From Patellaria atrata CBS 101060 (Eukaryota): a stretch of 64,000 nt of DNA. Location: contig MU006094.1 of NCBI GenBank assembly GCA_010093705.1, positions 843,550 through 907,549 of the forward strand, written 5' to 3'. The position numbers and the translations under genes are program-made. The notes under the pieces are model-generated. The model was not told the DNA's origin, searched no databases, and worked only from the letters and a program-made list of their open reading frames with translations. Positions 37,801 through 50,026 of this stretch are shown here, piece after piece (the stretch's first letter is position 1; each line of letters begins with the position of its first letter).

Positions 37801-40740
37801 CTACAAACTCATCGTCAGCCACTCCCACTCTTGCGGTCCCGTCCTCCCGTTCGGGACATTCTGGATCTGGCTCATGGGTATATGCTGCTGGATCGGTGGA
37901 GGGCCCATTTCCTTCTTCCTCGTGCTTTTACCGCTAGTATCTTCCGCGTCTCCCATTTCCAGCTCTTGTACTCCTACTTTACTCTGTCGTCTTTGGCGTT
38001 TCGGTGGTACATTTGCGCTGCGCGTCATTGCTGTGTTACTCGTAACTGTTGTAGGTGTAGTCACCTTTGGCGGGCCCGGTGCAATAGGCACAACACCTGA
38101 TTTAGGCAACGAGGTTCCTGTAGTAGACGTGGCAGAAGAGGGATTTCCAGTTGCAGAGCCTGTCGTTGACTTGGGAGATGCGGAACCATGATCGCTCGTT
38201 TTTCCACTCGTTGGCGTCGTAACTGGTGTTTGCGCAACTGAATTCTTCCTACTAGCACTCTTCTTTGAGCGACTCGTAGTTGAGCCGACAGTTGGAACAG
38301 TCTGACCGCTGCCGCGATTTCGCTTCTTGATAACATCCGTCTTCAACGAGAGCGGACGCACGACACCATGAAGTTTCAAAAACAAGCCGCAAGCATTACA
38401 CAATGGATGTCCCTCTGGATTACGCCTCCACAAAGGTGTGGTCTGGGTGAAGCAATTCATACACGTGGTTGGGGAACCATTCTGCTCTCCGGTCTTGGTC
38501 CCGCCCGGACTCTGTGGCCGAGAAGGAGCTGCGGAGGAGAATCCCGATTCTGGAGGTGAGCTGGGAGAGGATTGCGGTCTGGAGTGCATGTGTGGTTGAC
38601 CAGCCAAGCCAGGTGCATTAGGCGTTGAACTAATGCGGGGTATCTTCTGCCGCCTTGGGTCATTTCCACGATTCCTGATTTCGCTGACCGAAGCCGCAGA
38701 CCCATGAGCGCGACCAAGGCTACCACCGGGACTCCATTCTTGCGGTGAAGGTACCATTTCCGTACCACCTATCGTCACTTGTTTACGAGGTGGCCCGGCG
38801 GGATACCGCGCCGGTACTGGATTGAACTGGTTAGATAACCCAGTATCCCACTGGTAGCCACCGCCTATGTCAATTGAACCTTCATCCATGGGAGAATAAT
38901 CAGCTTGAGTTGACAAATTCCTATCGGCAAATGTGCCACCTTCGTCATCTTCGCCATCAGAGTCTGCACCGAATGTGAACATGTTGTCGTGACGGGTTAC
39001 CGGTATACCGGGTGTACGAGACGCTACCGAAAAGTCTCCTTGTAGGACTTGATTGGGGTCGACGTGACCTGGAGGGTGGAAAGCGGGCGCGGGAAAATGC
39101 ACTGGTGGGCCTACACTCGTGACTGCACTAAACAAAGAATCTCCCGCTGGATTGAAGATATACTGCGCTTGCATCGAATTAGACAATCCGGAAGGCCGAT
39201 GTGCACCGAATGCCTGCATCTGAGACGGATGTTTCATGTCCATGCCACGCTCGAAGTACATGTGCTCACTGCTCTCTGCTATAGGTTGCGGCGTGGACAC
39301 AGCAGAGGGGAAGGCAGAACCCGGAGGTGAATAGTAATCTGCGGAATTGAGAGATGAAGCCATCGAGTGGTTGTTATACATTTGCGGGAAATGTCCGGAA
39401 TTGACTGGAGGTGACCCGACCGGGGAGAAGGTAAATGAATGTTGAAAGGGTCCAGCAGATGATATTATGGGATCGTTGTCGAGGTTGAACGTATCGATGG
39501 AGAAAGGTACCTGCGGAGCATGGTGAGGTTGTGGTTGCTGGAATATTGGGAGTCCGCTGTGAGGTTGGTCTAGAGAGTAGTTGTTCATGGTGTGATCTAC
39601 GTCAGGTTCATTAGGTATGGTAATGCTATTGACTGGTGGAACTTGTGGTGAAGCATCCGCTCGTCTTTTTGGAGGCTATAGATCATGTAAGTACTGTGAA
39701 CATGATCCATGTCAAACACTGTACAACTCACCCTTCTTTCGTCGATGCTCGTCTTTCGCACGTGCCGTTGGACATATCCAAATTCAGTCCCTCTTGCGCC
39801 AACGGGTGGCACGGATGGTGCCGATGCTCTGGATATATGAAAATCCAGTTCATTGAATTGATTCTGCTTTCGAATCGGGATAGCCGAAGCGGTGGCGTTC
39901 ATGCTTGCGATCCTTTCACTTGATGGTGACGGGGACAAGCCAGCGGGTGAGGCGACCGAAGAGGGAAATATAAAGTCATCCAAATTCATGGGGTCCGGTT
40001 GCGTTGACTGCTGGTCAACCGACTTCCTGAGCTGGGCAATGCCGCTTGGAGCGCTAGTTTTGTTGGAAGGTCTTGAGACAATACTGCCAGATGTGCTCGA
40101 CTGGTTGGAGGTTGAGAATTGAGATAGCCTGTCACAAAGGTTCTGTTAGTTGCAAATACACAAGATTCCGTTCTGTTCAAGTGATGTTAAGATTGAAGAG
40201 GCGAATTTCGACTAACCCTTGCCGTTGCATCTCTTCGCGTTTTCTAAGCTTCATGGACATCATTCGCCATGTTAGATTTTCCATGCGCTCCTGGTTGGGT
40301 AATTGCGCTTTCGTCCTACTATACAACTTCCATATTTGTGTTCCTAGAGGATCCTTCTTCTGCATATCCTCTGGGCTTTCGAACTGTATTTCATTCTCTT
40401 TAAGACCCGGAAAGATGGTCTCTTGAAGCATGCCCTCGCGAGCAGCACTTTCTAACGGAGAGAGCTCCAGCTTGGTGTCTAGAGTACTCGCGGATGTGAG
40501 AGATTGTATGGTCGAAGAGGATCCAGAAGGATTATTGAAGTGTCCTGGAGGAAAGTGAACCTGTTGCGGAGAGGATGATGTATGGAACAAGTGCTGATCT
40601 ACGTGCTGTCCAATGGAGAGAGTTTCGAAGTCGTCTGAAGCAGATGCAGAGTGCAGGCACCCCCCACGCTCCCCATATTGCGCCCCAGACATTACCGGCG
40701 GGTGTTGCGCAAAATCCTGGGGTGCCGGACGCTGAGACAT
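37801..40740 (-). CDS. areA: Global nitrogen regulator, GATA factor AreA/NIT2; 3 exons (40740-40217, 40128-39732, 39675-37801)
   Basis: N-terminal [53 protein letters not shown] finger [50 protein letters not shown], and the NmrA-binding C-terminus EWEWLTMSL. Confidence 0.97.
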
Positions 40741-43700
40741 GCAACGAAAGCGGCGTGAGACTGCGGAGAGACAGTCAACAATCGCAGATGTTTATTTCTT
40801 TTTCGAGCGCCTTCCCAGTACCCAGGAGAAATACCTATGGGTTGCTTGCCGGTATGGCGCACCAACGAGATCGGGTCACGGAGGATTGGTATTATTCGGC
40901 AGAAGACAGTTCTCGCGGCGGGAGGTTCGTATGAACTGGGTGGCCTCGCAGGCTCGCACCCTGTGGCCAGTTCCGTTGCAGACAGGCCCTTCGTACTAGC
41001 GCTTGGATGCTTTTCAACACCCCTGCTCGTAAACCTAGTACAACTTGGCGGACAGGTTATGGCTGCGAGGCTGCTGTATGGATGTCGCTCTAAGGGAAAG
41101 TTAGGGATGGTCTGGATGAATTACGGCGTCACCCTCTTTCAAGAAGAGAATAATGAGCGATGTTCGCTCGACCCTTTGTACTCGAATGTCGAAAGCCCAC
41201 AACCGACTTCTGGTTGGTGGTGGTCGTTGGTGGCTCACTCTCTGCTTGACGAGTTCCTCGACGTTTGGGCCTAATGAAATATAATGGCGATTTCGTGGGA
41301 GGGACCTGGTGGAGTGGTGGGGGTGTTCTAGCTATAGTACATGTTTAGTTAGCAAATGACAGTTCGTCCACTGATTTACCGAGTCTCGGTGGCTTAAAGG
41401 TGCAGAGATGAAGCGTTTCTTAGAGGGGATGAGCGCCGAGCACGGCAGAAAACTCGGGTAAGCCCAATACAGAACATGCTAAAGGATGAAAGAGTCTCGT
41501 ACTGTACCTGATGATATTAAATAAGTGTGAGGAAAGTGTACTATACTATCGATTCAGGGAGTCGAGGTGGAAGTGTTGGCCGGTTTGCCCTTCTGGAAAA
41601 CAATCGTCTTGCCTTTGGCGAAGGCGCACAAGTGTCCCACGCGCAGGCTCGTGTGAAGGTAGATCAGGAATATTCCCGTCATCTGAGACGGATGAGATGA
41701 GGCGGTAAATTTGCGGACAAGGTTACAATTAGAGAAGATCTCAAAAAAGGTTCGGCGTGTCGGATCGGATGGCAACCAAGGTTAGCAGCTTGATCTTCTA
41801 GCAGTAGCGATATTCGACTCGACTGTGGAATTTGAGACCGGCAAAAAGCTTTTCCAGGTTGGCGTCATACAGAAGAAGAATAACTAGGCCACGGTCGTGT
41901 CGAAAGGTGGGTTATGGGTTATAGTTTGGAGGGAGTCCTTGGGGGGTCCTGGAGGGGTTCTTGGTGGTCTTCTTTTCGCTGCAAGACAAGTCCTTGATGC
42001 AAGCTTGTTGTCTCGTGCTTAGAACTAGACGACATGTGCGAGAATACCGGGGAGACCCACGCAAAGTATCGTGAACGCCTCTAGTCAGAAGGAATGATAC
42101 TGTATGGCAAGACCGGAGAATCAAAAGACAGCAGTGAATTTAACGGTGGTGGCGGTCTGAATTGAAGTCCGAATAATGAGCGTACAGCAACGTTCGCAGC
42201 TGCCCCGCACGCGTCGATTCACTGACGAATTTATTTTGCGGTGCGTTCCAAACTCTTCATCTCCACACGCGAATATGAACCCACTAAATGTAAGGTACTA
42301 CTACCTTACTGTTTAGAGGCCTGTCTCATACCAGATATTGCTAAACGCTTCTTATAGTGAAACCGATACGAAGTTCAACGGCCCTATTCTCCGTGCTATC
42401 CGCGACGCTCTACAGAACCTCCATTCGGTAGTCGGTACACGAAGCTTCATTGATTTAGAAGACTTAGCTATATGAGCTTCTACTTTTTTGACAACAGCAC
42501 TAACACCATGCTATTGTCCCAGACCGGTACAGACATTCCAAGCGTTAATAATCGTCACGAGTTCATGGACAGGTAGTCAGATCCGGGCGGTGGAAAATTT
42601 CATGTACTGTACCTGCACACCTTCAGTACGTCCGTCCATGGACAATCTCTTCCGACGAATTAGCCCTCCCTCTACCAGGCATTCAACGATTTTCATGTTT
42701 TTACTACCATGGATTCCTTCCTTAGACGATGTCATTGGTTCACCATGTTCCTTCAGTCCCGCCTTTTCAAGCCGGACTTTGTGTTCCTGACAACTTTTGA
42801 CATGAGGCGTAGTTGTCACCGAAAAAGGGATCGTCGAGATATTTTGGCGCTATACCTTCATGTCAACATTTGGTCCCTTAAAATTCCGATAGTATGAGTT
42901 TAGCTCTCGCTCATTTCGATTCTAGCAGTTAGCTTTATGATGCAAGCGTACGCAACTAGGTGTGTTGGTCCCGAGTTTTACACGACGCTGGCAGCGGAAA
43001 ACGGTGGAAATTTCCGCTCCGCGCATCAAAGCAGGTCAACAATTCTTCTTCTGCCATACTCACTCCTAAGCAGACAAGCCATCTCGACGGTAAGCAAGAT
43101 CTCGGCAATTTTTCTTTACTCAAAGACCAGCCGAAAAGACACAGAACAATTTGAGATCCGTCAAACATTTAATTCGACAATCTCCCTTTAGGGTCCAAGT
43201 GTGTTCTCCGATCGATCTTTATTATTCTAACTGCAGTACTGTAGTAAGTACATCTCTATATTCCTACTGTCTCTGAAGATTTTTTTGTAAGTATTTTCAT
43301 TTTGAGTTCTTCCATTGTTCATACATGGGGATTCCACTTTCCAACTTAGACCAATAAGAAATTTCGATACATGGAGAGTCTAGGCCACCAGTTGATCACA
43401 CTTCACCTATCTCCCGAATCTCCACGGAGGTACCAATGCAAGATGCCTATTGCCGCCCATAGATCTCAGAAGATCTTGAAGTTGTCGCATGTTCAACACT
43501 ACGGGGCGCGGGAAATACAGAAATTTTTCGAAGTCAACATTCATCCCGGGAGCTGCAGTTCAAATAGAGTCCGGTACCTGATCATTGCATGGAAAAAACT
43601 TTATGGAGTACATATGGCAGTTCAAGTAGCTCACCACCTCACGCCACACGTCCTCTAGAATAATGCGGAACTTCAATCGTGAGGTTTTCGAAGAAAAAAT

Positions 43701-46700
43701 TTTCTTTTAGAAGCTGAAGCTGATTCAGTGAGGTTTAATGATGTTATAATATCTGACTCCTGCTACGCCTCGGCGCGTAGACGTTACCTTCGCTACTCGC
43801 CGGTTCTGGCATGACACTGCGTTAGCATGGCGGGGCGGTCCAGTCCCTAAAGGTAGTGTGAGGTTGAAGAGACTCATTCGAGCAATACTCCATCCAGGTC
43901 CCTGTCAAGTGTCGTAAATGTCTAAAGGGATCCTCAACATCATCGCTGTTCTCCACCGATCAGAATATGCGTCTTAAGGATAAAGTAAAAGGCCAGTCAA
44001 GCCTTGTCCTTTTATCAATCCGCGAATAGGATGCGAAAGCTAATTAGAGTAACGACTCGATAAATTGTTTTTTTTATTCCCAATCAAGCTTCCTACAGAA
44101 TACGGAGTATGAGGTACTCAAACCACGAACCGTACTATCTGCACATCAACATCACTCTATGAAGATAGCCGGAGCCGCATTGATCAGATCTTGGTTAGAT
44201 CATAGTTCTACAAGATGAACCGCTTCCTTTGAGTCTCATACATCTTGACCCAGTCAATGATATACGAGCCAATAATAAAATGAGAAAGAATAATTGGTGG
44301 TTGAAATAGGACGAATTCGCTTGGGTGGAATTACGCAGATTGAGCAACTTCAACCGCAAGGTCGTGCATCTTAGCGTGGGGGTCATCCGACATACCCTCT
44401 CCACCCTCCACGTTCACAAGCCAGTGAGATTTGGGAACATGCATGAAATTCAAGCCACACCAGCTTTGAAGTTGCAGACTTTCTGCAATATTAACGCATC
44501 AGCATCTTAGTGTTATGCGCTTTTAAGCCGTGTAGAACCGGTAAAAGCCCTAGCAATGATTACATTCGCATCGAAAAAAATAGTTTTGATCCCAAGGGGG
44601 AAGATTGAAAGAGATGGAGAAACATGTGAGAACCTGAGGTGAGATCCTGCAGTGACCGATGGAACGTGCGCTCCAAGCGTTCAACAAGCATCGAAGACGT
44701 CGCCCGCGGGATGGGAAGTTCTACAGAAACCAAAGGAGAGGACTGTTTCGTCACATATGGAACAAGCAACTTTATTAGGGCACGCAGGGGCTATGATTCC
44801 ACTAGTTTCAGCTTGTGGGTCTTGGAGCCTTGGACGAAGTAGGCGCGGTTGACTTTCTAAATCCTGGCGTTTAGTACTTCTGCTCAGGATCGAGGTGGAG
44901 ATTTAATTGAGGCGAAACCGTCTTCAACAAAAATTCCGCCGTTACCGCGTTGCTACTACCATGAGGCTAGAGGTGGGCTAGCTAAGAATCCAACAGCGAC
45001 CTCGTGTGCTCTTTGACCTCTTCGCACGAAGCACCAGAAGTTGGCATGTCTCAATTCTCGAAAGTAAGATTGACTAGACGTCCACTAGAAACACGCGTAT
45101 CATAGGGTACCGCCGCGGAAAGTATCGAAGCTATGCACAGTCAACAGAATAAGGACGTACATCGGATGACTCGGGATTTCCGATGGGACCTTGAAGCATC
45201 CAGATATCGTTGGACGACGTTAATCCCAACCATGCAAAGCGCACATTACTGCTCTTGGTGGGGATAGATGTCGGCGTGGGGGGGTCACCGCAGCGCAACT
45301 CCATCTACGGTAGTAGGTCGCCGTTCTTGATGGAGGGGTCGACAGGAAGAGTGATGCTCACTCTTCTCCATTCACAACAGGGTAGTGACAACCATGGCAA
45401 GACCAATCAACTATGGGGCGTTCTTCGTGCGATTAGGTATACTTTCAGGCTGATAATTCCTCCATATTGGCCTCATGCAAAGGATTAATAGGAATGGCGG
45501 TATAGCCCACTTCGAACCCGTTATGAGCCGTACGGGGTGACTCGATGCACATGTGAAAGTCGGACGAGAAAGTAACCAGAAATAGGACCAATAAGGAATA
45601 TTACGACGCTCTACAGTCTATAGCAGCATCTTCGAGTCGGCTCAACTCCTCCTTTTTATCCTGTACGACGTCGAGACAAACTTTCATTCAGGCCTTCCAT
45701 CCCGTGATCGTGACCTCTGTCCTTGGCATGTTGACGCAGGTACCGTACACTCGAAAGAAGATCAATGGTCAAAATGGTCCACGTTGATGTTCGTATGGAG
45801 GAGAGACGACACTTGTCTCTCAAAATCACTCAAAATCATCGAGGAGGACATTCCTATTTATGTCCGTTCCAACGATACGATTTTCGAGTTCAGAACAGCC
45901 CATCATCCACTCCCCACCCGCAAACGGCTTATCTCTGTGTCTCCTATCGCTCCAATAACCGACAGCAAGACCTAGCCAGCGTTGTTCGACATGATACGCT
46001 ATGGTCCGCATTCTCGAACCGTATCCTTCTTACACGTGGAGTATCTTCCCATCAGATAGTTCTAGCTTCCTATCACGGACCAAAGAATGGACTTGTCCCT
46101 GTCGAAAATCTTATCGCGCCCTCCGCAGCGAACGGTGACTCGCATATGTGAAACGTTATTGCAGCCGGATGGGCCCGCAAAAACGCTCCATCTGTGATAA
46201 GCCTCTTGTGGGGAGAACGGTCGATATCTTTTCGAGTCGCGTGCTGCTGTTCACGCAATAATTGTAAGGTAAGGTATGTGCTGGTGTTGTGTCAAAAGCC
46301 TGCAATTGGTGAGATAAGAGGTGCGGTCTGAGACACGAATATTGTTATCTACCAGATCCCACACCTAAACCTCAATGTCGGGTCCCATGAAAAAAATCCT
46401 CCGACCCAGCATCTCGTTTCCAGTTATTCACTACGCGCCTAAGCAGGACGCGGAGTGTTCATAGACACATTCAAGCTTTTTGTATGGTATAATAATGGCG
46501 CAATTGCAAACACGTAACCCCAACTCCACGTTGCCTGAGCTCCACGATATCTGCACCCTAGGCGGCAGGTTAAAAGCCACCAAGGTACCCTGGCATGCTT
46601 TTCTAAAGTAGGCCTTATAGCAGTAACTGATCTGTAATGTCCTCTCCCGGATCTATTTCAATATGGTAAGCACCCATGGCGGGAACGCCGAAAAGACCCA

Positions 46701-46823
46701 AGTGGCTCTTCCCATAGGAATCAGGCAAACCATATGAGAATCACTCCTGCAAAGAGCTTTCAGATCGTGTGTCGTGTGTCTGGCTAACTTCAACAACCCC
46801 GCCAGTCCTGACCAAGGCCTCTA

Positions 46824-47272
46824 TCAAGATCCATTCTTCTCTTGCTCCTTGCTTCCAGATTGTCCTCCATTAACCGTCTCCTCGCCCAGAACCTTACTAG
46901 CAGCCATAAACCTAGATCAAGTTCACATCAGCATGAATCCACTCCAGAGCTTTCCCCACCATCTTAACTCCAGATTGTCCCTCGACAGAGTAACATATGA
47001 CTATTCCTTGATATCATTTCAAGACATCTATTACTTCCAGTACGGAATATCTCCACTTACATGCCTCCCGCATATCCTCCCAATCCTCTCATAGCCTCCG
47101 CCTGTACCGCCGTCATCCGCAACAAATTCTCCAAATCCGAAACATTCGCCGTGAGCTGCGCAAGCTGAGAGTGTAGATGCGAGAGCTGCCGTGGCTTCTG
47201 TGAAGGTACGGTACTGAGACGGGACGTGGTAGGCGGTTGAGCTGAGGATGGCCTGGGGGGATTGGATGACAT
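46824..47272 (-). CDS. HSK3: DASH/Dam1 complex subunit Hsk3; 2 exons (47272-47061, 46911-46824)
   Basis: KPRQLSHLHSQLAQLTANVSDLENLLRMTAVQAEAMRGLGGYAGGM|FMAASKVLGEE. Confidence 0.88.
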
Positions 47273-47581
47273 CGTGAACGAAGGTTCGCTCGTAGGAGAA
47301 TATACTGGTGCTACGATTCAACGCGGAAGGTAATTACGCGGTGGGATAGCTTTCAGACGAGAGTGAGTGGATTTGGGGAAGTGGGTGTATTTTGTTCACC
47401 TTTGACGACATTTCGCTTGGTGAAGATGTGAGGCTTGGCAAGGGTCCATTTCGCGGGATCAAAAGCTCGTCACCTCGTCTTCAAATTTACCCACGGCCAG
47501 TCAGATACCGGTTCAAGACTTTAAGAGATGAACACAGCTTCATTGACGATTTATTGAAGGTGTTGTATTAGATTCTTTACA

Positions 47582-48003
47582 ATGTCAATGACAACTCGTC
47601 GCGTTGTCCTTACTGGGGCAGTTACAGCCATCACGGTAGTCGGAGTTATTTACGGTGCTGGACTGAAGATGAGACAGGAACGTACACAGGTAGGAATATA
47701 TCTTCCATACACAGGTCACTCTTTTAGGTTCCCCCCATTTCTTCTATTTCTTAACCTCATTCTACTCCCTTCCTTATCGTCATCCCAATCGAAGATACAG
47801 CCTTATTGTATGTTCTCTCACACTCTCTGATATTTCTAAAAATAAACTCATTGGAACTACAGGAACAAAAGAAACTATTGGAAGCGACCCCAGAACAGCA
47901 AATTGTTCAACTGGAAGCACATAAGCGCGAATTACTGAGAAAAAAGGCGGCCCTAGAAGAGAAGATAAGCGATGTTAGGGCACGGAAAGAAAAAGAAGGG
48001 TAG
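47582..48003 (+). CDS. Small conserved fungal protein with an N-terminal TM segment and coiled coil (possibly mitochondrial); 2 exons (47582-47689, 47863-48003)
   Basis: RRVVLTGAVTAITVVGVIYGAGLK..Q|EQKK..ATPEQQIVQLE..RELLRKKAALEEKI. GT-AG intron in frame. Confidence 0.7.
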
Positions 48004-48443
48004 AGACAGTTATATGTCAGTAGATAAAAGTGAATGCGGCGCTGGGCGCACAGGCAAATGCATGATACATGAGGACGTCAGTCGTTCCGGCTCAAAATTG
48101 GGCGATGAATAGGGCTTGGGAGCACTTCTTGCGCCTCTTCTATCACGAGTTTCCCATATAATATCGGGTCGAGGAGATTAATGAATGCCGTACGAAGAAG
48201 ACCTTGGGAGGTCAGGTGTTCAACAAAGGAGATGTACAGTCGATACATTCAACGTGTCTTAATACCGATTGGGAGAACTGCTACCCGGGAAAACAAATCA
48301 TTAGGAGTCAAATAGTAATACAGTTTTAAACACTCCTTTTAGGTAAATAGATTTACATTTCTGTGCACAATATTCTAACATAAAATATCAGGCACGGCCA
48401 AAAAGCTCTAATGAGTAGCAATACAAAAGCGTAGAACAAGCAC

Positions 48444-49286
48444 TTAGACCATGTCGGTGGACCCCGAGATCCGGTTCTTATAGCGCCATGCAGAAGTTAT
48501 ACCGGCAAGAATGACCAAAAGAGCAACGATAGCTAAAGCGATCCAAATCCACTTGACGATACTACCCGTTTCATTGACGTGCTTTTCTTCTTCTTCCTTG
48601 TTGCTCACTGCCTCTTCATGTTCATTGTTATCTGAACTTTCCTCGTCGTCCTCAACGTTCGATCCTTCTGGCCGTTCCACGCCGTTGCGCTGCTGCTGCT
48701 GTGGTGGTGAGCTAGTAGTCAATGTAGTGAGTGTGGGAATGGACGAATATGTCGCTGGACTGAGAGTCACGCTAGGCAAATCCGTATTGATTAAGGTACC
48801 AACTCCATTATCCGGTCCTGCATCCAGTGACGGCTGAGGACCCCAGATGAGGGTCATAGTCTTGAGTATAGGGCCAGCGGAAGAAGCAGCTGATGATTCG
48901 ATAGGAATTGGAGGGATAGAGACAGAGGACTCCGTCGCCGTCAGATCGGATGCCGGAGGAACTGTCATCGTCACCGTTACATTTGGCAAGCTACTACTGA
49001 TTCTAGATGAGATCGATGCGCTAGCAATCGTGGATCCGTTCTGCGGAACTATCGATCCGGGCAGCAAGAGCGGCAACGTTCCCGGGCCGGTGGTGATTGG
49101 CGCCGCTGAAGTGGTTGGCATCACCGATCGGGGAAGAGTAGGTGGTACCGTCATCGTACTTGTTATTGTCGAGGTTACCGTCACGATACCGTTGCTCGGG
49201 ACATTCATATCGCGTTCATGGGCCAGGACGGCCTTTAATCCTAATGCGAGAAGTGTGGTTAGGAGAGGTTGGGATCTCATGTTCAC
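48444..49286 (-). CDS. Secreted/type I membrane Ser/Thr/Pro-rich (mucin-like) cell-surface protein
   Basis: 280-aa ORF with a signal peptide, S/T-rich region, acidic patch, C-terminal TM (WIWIALAIVALLVILAGI) and a short basic tail. Confidence 0.7.
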   Translation of the reverse strand: MNMRSQPLLTTLLALGLKAVLAHERDMNVPSNGIVTVTSTITSTMTVPPTLPRSVMPTTSAAPITTGPGTLPLLLPGSIVPQNGSTIASASISSRISSSLPNVTVTMTVPPASDLTATESSVSIPPIPIESSAASSAGPILKTMTLIWGPQPSLDAGPDNGVGTLINTDLPSVTLSPATYSSIPTLTTLTTSSPPQQQQRNGVERPEGSNVEDDEESSDNNEHEEAVSNKEEEEKHVNETGSIVKWIWIALAIVALLVILAGITSAWRYKNRISGSTDMV

Positions 49287-50026
49287 TATCCTTACTTGTT
49301 GATTTTTATTTGAGATGTTTGGATTGTTGGTTCGTTTGTTGATTTGATTTGTTTTAGATTGCTGCTATGCTAATATACTATTCATAATCAGGCCAGTGGG
49401 TTGAATATATAATCCTTCACAGTAGCTTCACAATGTGGTTTGTGATAGACATTATTCTCGGGCCATGTTGAACAATATCCCCCTATCGCAATCATCAAAC
49501 TCCTTATTGATACCACTGTATATCGAAATGGCTTCACAATGTACATGTTCATGACATCCTTATTTGCGGAGGGCCGAAACTGGATATAGGGGGGGTTGTA
49601 TGTACAATGTCCTTGTTACACGTATTGCTCATACTGGCCAAAGCTCTGCTGTATCTATTTTCAGACGAACGTAAAAATGAGCATATGTCTAGCTGAGAGC
49701 TCAACGAGAAAACAAGGTGTTGATTGAAAGAGTAGATAAACTTTTGAGAGGATCTAAGATACGGCAGAAAATTCGAGCTCTACTGCTATCAGAAGAGGAG
49801 AAGTGGGTATAGTACAGTACAAATCCGCTAGATGTTGCCCTGATAGACGCACACTACAGTATACTCCACCTCCGTCCCATGACTCCATAGCAACCATACC
49901 CTCATCAGCAAGAGAGTAAATAAAACCCACCCCACGCCATGAACTCCACGACGCCATTTTTTCCATCCGATATAAAACAGCACAACACCCCACACGTCAC
50001 TCGCCTCTTTTGCGTAAAAAACACCC

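Noticed and set aside
40741..42300. Expected cluster of GATA autoregulatory sites upstream of areA
   Set aside because: No convincing dense HGATAR cluster was visible by eye.
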